IMG/VR virus record: IMGVR_UViG_3300009285_007322
DNA length: 64,000 nucleotides
Direction: 5' to 3' (one strand)
DNA from: a virus
Below the pieces are notes generated by a model. It ran no database searches, was not told the origin of the DNA, and saw only the letters and a program-made list of their open reading frames with translations. The position numbers were made by a program, and so were the translations under genes. Position 1 is the first letter of the stretch; each line of letters starts with the position of its first letter. Below are positions 1 through 6,032 of the stretch, piece by piece.

Positions 1-1025
1 TCCTCCTTAAGACTATTGATCAGCGCCGCGATCTTGCCCCGGAAGTCGGTGAACGACGACGTCATTGCATGGGTCGGATCGAATGGCTGACCTTCGCTTC
101 CAAGACTTCTGGCCGCTCCCACAGTAGGAGGAGGAGCAACATATCGCAGCGGCGGAATGTAGTCGCCCAGGATTACCTGGTTGTAGTGCTGCAGGAGCAG
201 GATCGCGATCACATCCGGGAACGCGTAGAAGAACGGAGGCAGGCTCCAGCCTCCCAGGTTCATGTCGATGATGCTCGCGTCCTGGAAACCCAGGTAGAAG
301 AAGCTGGACTCGTCCAGCTCCAGCTCGCAGCCGAGCCGCGCAGAGTCGATGAATTCCCTGGGAGTCTCTCTATGGATCAAAGGATCGCCTGACTTTACCA
401 ACCGGGACACGTCATCCCACTGCCCGCAGTTCACAAAAAGCTTGCGAGCCCCACTGATGGGTTCGTACTTCATCCTGCAGATGGACAGCGGTATCCTGCG
501 CAACTTAGCCCTATGCGCTTCGTCACGATGCCTCATCTCGGCCAGTGCATGCTTCCCTGCCTTGCCGCATGCTGGGCACTTGCCTGTGTAATCCCCTGAG
601 CCAAGATCGTACTTGAACCCGTGATCCGTCATGGCTGTGTATACGTCCGTGCGCGCGCCACATATACACTGGACACTGCGGATGAGCGGAAAGAACAGAT
701 ACACGCAGCTGCCGCCAAAACCCATAGCCTCCAGCAGTGCCAACATGGTCTGGTCGGTCGACGCAAAGTTGCGGTTCAGGAGTTGCCGCGCATTCTTGAT
801 CTCTTCGAGCTTTCCTTCCACCCCCTCGGCGGACTCGACCTCAATCTCGGTCATGAAGTATGAAGTTCCACGGATGATAGCTTGCCGGTATGCCGGACAG
901 GTCATCCATAGGAAAGCCGCCCAGCCGAGAGCCTCCCTGAAATTGACAGGCATGAGTTGACGGGCAAGAGTGTCCGTCATCTTGTCTATCTGTTCAATGG
1001 TCTTCTGCAGGGTGGTGGAAGCCAC
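1..1025 (-). CDS. Probable portal protein (5' part; ORF runs off the left edge of the window)
   Basis: Absent from the ORF track because it has no stop in the window. Hand translation from GTG at 1025 (GAGGTG RBS 5 nt upstream) stays open for 341 codons: MASTTLQKTIEQIDKMTDTLARQLMP..EALGWAAFLWMTCPAYRQAIIRGTSYFMTE..QCICG..KCPACG..GWSLPPFFYAF..ILGDYIPPLRYVAPP. The CDS is solid. The portal call is inference from remembered resemblance to Zn-ribbon-containing portal-like proteins of large uncultured phages. Confidence 0.55.
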   Translation of the reverse strand, partial: MASTTLQKTIEQIDKMTDTLARQLMPVNFREALGWAAFLWMTCPAYRQAIIRGTSYFMTEIEVESAEGVEGKLEEIKNARQLLNRNFASTDQTMLALLEAMGFGGSCVYLFFPLIRSVQCICGARTDVYTAMTDHGFKYDLGSGDYTGKCPACGKAGKHALAEMRHRDEAHRAKLRRIPLSICRMKYEPISGARKLFVNCGQWDDVSRLVKSGDPLIHRETPREFIDSARLGCELELDESSFFYLGFQDASIIDMNLGGWSLPPFFYAFPDVIAILLLQHYNQVILGDYIPPLRYVAPPPTVGAARSLGSEGQPFDPTHAMTSSFTDFRGKIAALINSLKE

Positions 1026-1077
1026 GTGCGCACCTCACTGTTTCCTGCTTCCGACATGGTGCAGGCTATACAGCAAG

Positions 1078-1086
1078 TACTATAAC
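1078..1086 (-). promoter_or_regulatory. Putative -10 element GTTATAGTA upstream of the portal-like gene
   Basis: The identical 9-mer occurs intergenically at 54740-54748 upstream of another minus-strand operon. A related GCTATAGTG lies at 11928-11936. Confidence 0.3.
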
Positions 1087-1133
1087 AGACAGAGGCGTGC
1101 AGACCACTTCCCGCCTATGTAAAGCCTAACAAC

Positions 1134-1161
1134 GGAGAGCGCCCCTTCCGGGGAGCTCTCC
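1134..1161 (-). terminator. GC-rich hairpin with GGAA (GNRA) tetraloop; possible terminator or 3' end of the candidate ncRNA
   Basis: Minus strand GGAGAGC-T-CCCC-GGAA-GGGG-C-GCTCTCC, followed by GTTGTT. Confidence 0.5.
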
Positions 1162-1188
1162 TAAGAGTACTACTGTCTTATTCACTAT

Positions 1189-1272
1189 TTAGGACTGTTC
1201 ACATTTTGTGAACAGGAGTAGAAAATAAACGGACTCAACACCGCCAGTTGCCTTCGGACTGTCTGAGTGCAT
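1189..1272 (-). CDS. Possible 27 aa peptide MHSDSPKATGGVESVYFLLLFTKCEQS inside the structured region
   Basis: AGGAGA RBS 5 nt upstream of the ATG. The ATG lies in the predicted stem. Confidence 0.25.
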   Translation of the reverse strand: MHSDSPKATGGVESVYFLLLFTKCEQS

Positions 1273-1683
1273 AGCAGTCTCCTGGATTTCCCAATCCGTT
1301 GTCTGCTACTCTCCGTGCACCGCGCGACGACCTCAGGTAACAAAAAGGCTCCTGTCCGGATGTAAGCCCCGGACACGGAACCTGAGAACAGGGGTGGACT
1401 TGGAGGTTAGCGGTCGCGATCCGCCGCCTCCGCGTCTCAGGAGTCTCAGGGCCTTCCTGCAGCAGTCCCGTAGCCCTATTCCTGTCCGCTGCGTCCGGCT
1501 GTCGCTTCCGGAACGCCTGGAACGACGCCTGCGCTACGTTGGCCCTATCGCGGGTCTCCGCGCAGCTGTCCAAAGTACAGAACATCTGGTCTGCTTCCTG
1601 CGGTTGGGGAAGAGAGGAGAGAGGAGGAGGGAGCCCGCAGGAAGCAGACCGGATGCCCCATAACAAAGGGACTATCTCAATCT

Positions 1684-1713
1684 ATTATGCCACAAATGCA
1701 TTACATTTTTCAA
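1684..1713 (-). promoter_or_regulatory. sigma70-type promoter TTGAAA-N18-CATAAT with extended -10 TG
   Basis: -35 at 1708-1713 and -10 at 1684-1689, in an AT-rich gap just after the ligase stop. Predicted start is about 1677. Confidence 0.6.
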
Positions 1714-1716
1714 TAC

Positions 1717-3045
1717 TCATCCCTCATGCCGCGCCAGGAACGAAGGAGCCCGCAAAGCTCCGGATCCGAACTGTCCCTGCGCCCGCACCCGTGCCTTCCG
1801 ACCGATCCACTCGTCCGGATTGACCAGCATATCCGCTGCGTCGGTTCTCGAGAACCCTGATCCTACCCGCCCCACAATCGGCCCATCTGGCTCGACGCTA
1901 AACCCGAACCCTCCAGCCCTGGCCGATCTGTCGGAAGTCTCAGCAGGAAAGATCTCCCTTATGTAGACGTCGTACTCGTCCTGTAACTTGTGCTTGATCG
2001 GCGTTCCTCCGGCTTTCGGCCGGAATACCACACCTTCCGATGTTAACGGATGCTTGCCGGCACGTATACGATCCAATAGCTCTCTGGAAAACTCAGGATC
2101 GTCGGACTCCTCCACTGGATGCAGTCTTCCTCCGGTCAGGTCTGCCAATCGTACAAAGTCTCTGCGCAGCTTCTCTCGGGCCGCATCGGGGATATCGGCC
2201 CGTCCGTAGAGCGCGACCAAGAGACGTATGCCCGCATCGCGCTGCCGTTCTCTGGACTTCAACGAAGAAGTATTGAGCAATCCTCCAAGCGCGTGGGCAG
2301 GTATTGCCTTTCCTCTGGCAGTTCCGTACACCTCTCCACGGTACACAGCTCCGCGCATATCTGCCGGAACAGGTACCCTGTCCAGCCCGCCAATCTTCCA
2401 AGTATAGGTCAGAGGCTGCCCGGTCTTCGACTGCCGTACACTGGACACGTCTATACGGTTCTTCAGCAGGCGCACCAGGGCTGCGGCTCCGTCGATCTTG
2501 GGAGAAGCCGCGTACTCGTCTGTCAGATAGGGCTCAGGATCCTTGGCAGACCTGTACTGCGCCTTGCCGTATTTCTTCGCATCCTTGCCGCTGCCTGTGA
2601 CATTGACCAGGAACCAGCTATTGTCTGCCTTCCTGACCAGCATGTATTCCTTCGGGTGCCTGGGATGGATAAGCGCGAAGCGTACCATCCCAGGAGCAGC
2701 GTCAGTTATAACAGCACGTCCCTTGTCCGCCATACTGACAGTTCCGGCTCCTCGTCCTTCCGGAATTGTACCCTCAAATGACCCATACGCGTACCGATGG
2801 ACCGGCTGCTGTATAGCCAGAACACTATCGCCTGGATTCTCAGGAAACCTGTCTTTCGGTATCGCCCACGACAGCAGTCCTGTAGACTTGTCGCCTATAC
2901 GAAGATCGGCATGCTTTCCTGCCCTGCGCGCCAGATGCAGCTGACGGACATAGTCGAACTCGGCTCCCTGCCTGAGCGCCGCCACGTTTCCCTGACGCCT
3001 GGTTGATCCATCGTCTGCGCGCATGTCTGTACAATAGCAGCGCAA
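1717..3045 (-). CDS. LigD-type 3'-phosphoesterase domain fused to an ATP-dependent DNA ligase
   Basis: N-terminal QLH..GKHADLR..SWAIPK..VHRYAYGSFEGTIPEG..GAGTV (LigD PE pattern). Ligase motifs I PKIDG, III GEVY, IV EGVVFR and V IKHK, plus OB domain GRVGSGFS..LRAPSF. The true start may be the GTG near 2990. Confidence 0.85.
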   Translation of the reverse strand: MRCYCTDMRADDGSTRRQGNVAALRQGAEFDYVRQLHLARRAGKHADLRIGDKSTGLLSWAIPKDRFPENPGDSVLAIQQPVHRYAYGSFEGTIPEGRGAGTVSMADKGRAVITDAAPGMVRFALIHPRHPKEYMLVRKADNSWFLVNVTGSGKDAKKYGKAQYRSAKDPEPYLTDEYAASPKIDGAAALVRLLKNRIDVSSVRQSKTGQPLTYTWKIGGLDRVPVPADMRGAVYRGEVYGTARGKAIPAHALGGLLNTSSLKSRERQRDAGIRLLVALYGRADIPDAAREKLRRDFVRLADLTGGRLHPVEESDDPEFSRELLDRIRAGKHPLTSEGVVFRPKAGGTPIKHKLQDEYDVYIREIFPAETSDRSARAGGFGFSVEPDGPIVGRVGSGFSRTDAADMLVNPDEWIGRKARVRAQGQFGSGALRAPSFLARHEG

Positions 3046-3175
3046 GACACATGCTGCAGAAAATGCATATGATATTCAAGCTGCAGAACTCAAAGCTAAG
3101 GAATCGCTTTTTCCCTTCGGGAAACCGCCAGAACATTTACTGCAGAGAATTTTCAACTGGACAGGCCAAAAAGCT

Positions 3176-3213
3176 AAGAAAAAGGCCTGGAGCGGCTCTC
3201 GCCGACAGGCCTT
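3176..3213 (-). terminator. Intrinsic terminator downstream of the tRNA-like gene
   Basis: AAGGCCTG (3182-3189) and CAGGCCTT (3206-3213) form a stem followed by TTTTTCTT on the minus strand. Confidence 0.75.
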
Positions 3214-3222
3214 ATCCGAAGA

Positions 3223-3342
3223 TGGACACGGAAGGATTCGAACCTTCGAGCGGAGTAGTGCGACTGTATGCGCATGGTCCCCGCTGCCGATTTACTGGGC
3301 TACAACTCCCTCGGCCGGCTTCAACCTCTCGCCCACGTGCCC
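3223..3342 (-). tRNA. Non-canonical tRNA-Tyr-like RNA (120 nt) with G3.U70 acceptor, 20 nt anticodon loop and 38 nt variable arm; CCA not encoded
   Basis: Acceptor GGGCACG/CGTGTCC plus A73. D-arm GGC-GAGAGGTTGAA-GCC. Anticodon stem GCCGA/TCGGC with a loop ending CA-GTA-AA. T-arm GAAGG-TTCGAAT-CCTTC, a perfect canonical T-arm of the type found in E. coli tRNA-Tyr. Confidence 0.8.
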
Positions 3343-3347
3343 CCGTA

Positions 3348-3539
3348 CTAGGCCGCGTCCTCCTCCTCGTCCGTCTCTGGACGGGAGGGAAGCGTCATAT
3401 CGCGCCGACGCGCGTCTCTGTCCTCGCGCTTCGGCTTGCGATCATCACGCTTCTGCTGCTGGGCCTCCCGGTTCTGTCTTGCGATCAGTTCCAGGTAGGC
3501 GTCAGCCATACGCGGCCTCTGCTGGAAGAAGGGACTCAC
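3348..3539 (-). CDS. Small highly charged hypothetical protein (63 aa)
   Basis: Tightly packed after the 3541 ORF; stop lies 5 nt before the tRNA-like RNA. Confidence 0.6.
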   Translation of the reverse strand: MSPFFQQRPRMADAYLELIARQNREAQQQKRDDRKPKREDRDARRRDMTLPSRPETDEEEDAA

Positions 3540-3540
3540 G

Positions 3541-3837
3541 TCAAGCGGCTGCCTTTCTGAGCCCCCTCTTCTCTCCAGCCCACATATTCCGGCGCTTCAG
3601 GTCGCGCCGGAACTCGTCAGACCGGAACAGAGAGGCACGCTCCTCAACCTGTTCCGGACTGAATCCACCGAGTCGGTGCAGCGTCTGCACCGCCCGGCGA
3701 TACGCGCTGGCCGCAAAGGAGCTGGCCAGCAGCTGCGAGCGATTCCCGTCTGCCAGGATCGCCCGCTGGAACCGGGGAAGGCCGGTCGGTACTGCGGCTT
3801 TCGCCACCGACCGGATCAGTTTGCGGAAGTGCGTCAC
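3541..3837 (-). CDS. Small basic hypothetical protein (98 aa)
   Basis: GGAGG RBS; 4 nt start-stop overlap with the upstream ORF. Confidence 0.7.
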   Translation of the reverse strand: MTHFRKLIRSVAKAAVPTGLPRFQRAILADGNRSQLLASSFAASAYRRAVQTLHRLGGFSPEQVEERASLFRSDEFRRDLKRRNMWAGEKRGLRKAAA

Positions 3838-4040
3838 GCCTGCACCTCCTCCTTGCCCAGGTTCCTCGAGTCCTTCACCCCCATCACCGGCCAGGGGGTG
3901 TCCACCGGATATCCGGTGGATCGCGCGAACGCAGCCCGCATACGCTTCTTTCTGGCGTACGCGGACTCCTCGGAGGGGTTGTGTGTTCCCCCTCCTTCCA
4001 CCCGCATGGCACGGGTGGAAACTTGACGCTGACGCTTCAT
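3834..4040 (-). CDS. Small basic hypothetical protein (68 aa)
   Basis: ATGA overlap with the upstream ORF. Confidence 0.65.
   Translation of the reverse strand: MKRQRQVSTRAMRVEGGGTHNPSEESAYARKKRMRAAFARSTGYPVDTPWPVMGVKDSRNLGKEEVQA
3901..3920. repeat. Perfect 20 bp palindrome TCCACCGGATATCCGGTGGA
   Basis: All 10 pairs checked; no spacer. Confidence 0.95.
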
Positions 4041-4249
4041 GCTTGGTTCCTCCGATTCGTGGACCCAGGCTTGTGATACCCTTCCTTGTTCCGATCTGAC
4101 GGGAGGGAAGAGATCATCGAGTCATACGCCTTCGCACGCGCTGCGGCCCGTGCAGCAGCCTTCACGTTCGGCCGGTTCCATTCCGGCTTACGCTGGGCTC
4201 CAGGCTTCCGCAGCTTCTTCAGCCCAATGGGCTGGACCTTCTCAGCCAT
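4037..4249 (-). CDS. Small basic hypothetical protein (70 aa, 17 K+R)
   Basis: ATG at 4249 with GAGGAG RBS (shorter than the ORF-track call 4037..4483). Confidence 0.7.
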   Translation of the reverse strand: MAEKVQPIGLKKLRKPGAQRKPEWNRPNVKAAARAAARAKAYDSMISSLPSDRNKEGYHKPGSTNRRNQA

Positions 4250-4368
4250 TCGCTTCTCCTCTGTCCGGTTCCCGCCGGACACGGCTGCCATAATGTCTAT
4301 GGCACTATCCTGCTCACGAAGTGTGCAGGACATTGTCAAGATATTATGCCGCAGAAAACGGGTGTTTT

Positions 4369-5049
4369 TCAGGCTTCCGGAACAGTCCTGAAGATCAGGC
4401 TGCAGGAGCCTTTGGCAGGAACACAGGCCACCAGGAACCCGGCGTACACAGCGGTGTCCGGGTCTTCCACATCGGCCGGACATACTGCAATACGTGAGTC
4501 GGTTTTGTACAAGGGCAGCGAAGCGGACACCTGGAGTATCCGGACATCCCCTGCTGTCATCATCCTACCCTCCACCGTCCGGGTGTCTGGGTCCTCCCCA
4601 TCCTGCATCACACAGAGTACCCACTCGGACAGTGAAGCAACTGGAGGAGCCTGCGCAGCAGGGGCTGCAGAAGCTGCCGACACGGACGATGCCACCGATT
4701 CAGGAACAAGACGACGAAAGCGCTTCCTGGAGATCTCCGTAGTTCCAGGAAACCGAACCTGCCCTGCAGGCTTCAGGTCAATGTCCCCCGGCTTACCAGG
4801 CACGTTCACAGTGCCCAATACAAACGATCCCAGCGTATTCCCCACACTATCTTTGCCTGGGTCTATCCGTTCCACTGTCCTGGAGCTGTACCGACCGCCA
4901 AGGCCCATGTGAGCATCCCGGACCACCTGCACGTTCATGATGGTTTCCGGTTCTATACCGGAAGTCACCACCGGACGCTTGCGGCCGGAAGCGTCTGTGA
5001 CAAACTGCGGAAGATCGTCAGGCATGGTATAGACCTTTCTTGCGGACAA
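4369..5049 (-). CDS. Hypothetical protein (226 aa)
   Basis: Long ORF in the operon direction with an Ala-rich linker. Confidence 0.7.
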   Translation of the reverse strand: MSARKVYTMPDDLPQFVTDASGRKRPVVTSGIEPETIMNVQVVRDAHMGLGGRYSSRTVERIDPGKDSVGNTLGSFVLGTVNVPGKPGDIDLKPAGQVRFPGTTEISRKRFRRLVPESVASSVSAASAAPAAQAPPVASLSEWVLCVMQDGEDPDTRTVEGRMMTAGDVRILQVSASLPLYKTDSRIAVCPADVEDPDTAVYAGFLVACVPAKGSCSLIFRTVPEA

Positions 5050-5070
5050 AAAATAGCACGGATAGTCCGC

Positions 5071-5559
5071 TTAGCAACCCCTTGCTGCGGCGTCCCGCCA
5101 GTACTGGAGTGTGTGTGTGGCTGAAACATCCATCGGAACTCCGGCACTCACCAGCCTTCTGCGATATCCGGCAATTGCCTCCTCCAACGCGCAGCGAGGC
5201 GCATCAAAGTATGCTCTCGGGTCACATGGCCACTGGCGACTACTTTCGTGCACCAACGCCAACAGGTACCGTTTGGGAATATCAGGCGCCTCACACACTT
5301 TCAGGGCCTTGCCGTACTCAGCGTATGCTTCCAGAGCATTCGCAATCCATGTAGCATCAACCTCCATGTACGGAGTGTTCAGAAACCCAGACAATCTGCC
5401 AGCACACCTGCGCAGATTCTCCACCCTGTCCTCCTGCGCACGCTCCGCGGCCTGCACCGATCTCAAAGCGGCTCCTGTGACCTTTGGACACGAACACGGC
5501 TTGTAGGTGATCTTGATCTCAGGCATCGTCTTCTCAGGCATCTTCTTCTCCTGGCACAC
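5071..5559 (-). CDS. Hypothetical protein
   Basis: ORF in the operon direction; the start may be the downstream MPEKT/MPEIK. Confidence 0.7.
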   Translation of the reverse strand: MCQEKKMPEKTMPEIKITYKPCSCPKVTGAALRSVQAAERAQEDRVENLRRCAGRLSGFLNTPYMEVDATWIANALEAYAEYGKALKVCEAPDIPKRYLLALVHESSRQWPCDPRAYFDAPRCALEEAIAGYRRRLVSAGVPMDVSATHTLQYWRDAAARGC

Positions 5560-6032
5560 GTGTGCCGTTCACTCGGTTACCAAGCTGGAAATGGCTCAGA
5601 AACCAGCCCGGAAAGTTCATTCTGGTTTTATAAATCTGTCCCAGATCCGGGATGTGGAGCCATTTTATCCCTGGTTCCTTCCCACACCCTTCTTCCCCTT
5701 TTCGAGTCTTAATCCTGAGTACAGTCTTAAGACTCTCAAAGATATCAAAGATAACAAACAAAACGCGCGGGTACGCGCGTACGCGCGCGACCCTCCCTGC
5801 CAACAGGGTTTCCTGCCACCGACAACCGAACCTTTTCAGGACAGTCGGAAGACCTGACAGGAACTCTGGCCAGCATCTGTCGCAAACCTGTTTCCAGTAA
5901 ACACCAACAGGAGGGCAGCAGGGAAAGGCCTGGGAGCTCGCAGGAGACCTTCGGACGTGTCAGTACATGGGTAAGGGTACAAACTAGGCTGGAAGGGCCT
6001 TCCCAGCCCAATTTCAGCCAGTTGTAGCTGAA

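Larger units (their letters stand above)
1134..1677 (-). ncRNA. Candidate large structured non-coding RNA (~545 nt)
   Basis: Promoter at 1684-1713. At least 8 stems seen by eye: 1583-1655, 1549-1562, 1502-1527, 1402-1431, 1332-1387, 1267-1320 (nested, GGGA tetraloop), 1195-1215 and 1134-1161 (GGAA tetraloop). GNRA loops occur only in the minus orientation. No convincing long ORF. Confidence 0.55.

Noticed and set aside
1342-1382. Hairpin plus UUUUU as a simple terminator
   Set aside because: The U-tract lies inside a longer enclosing stem (CTCAGGT/ACCTGAG, 1332-1387) and structured sequence continues downstream, so it cannot be called a clean terminator.
1235-1666. 143 aa minus-strand ORF across the structured region
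   Set aside because: No RBS, no recognisable motifs, and low-complexity codons dictated by the hairpin and purine tract.
1134-1677. Group I intron interpretation (P4-like CUGCG/CGCAG pairs and a P7-like GGACUG/CAGUCC)
   Set aside because: No interrupted exon, no consistent P3, and the P7 bulge would be G rather than A or C. Kept only as an item for cmscan.
3223-3342. tmRNA, tRNA-Sec or amber/opal suppressor
   Set aside because: It is too short for tmRNA, has a paired D-stem and no tag ORF. The acceptor stem is 7 bp and there is no UCA or CUA anticodon.
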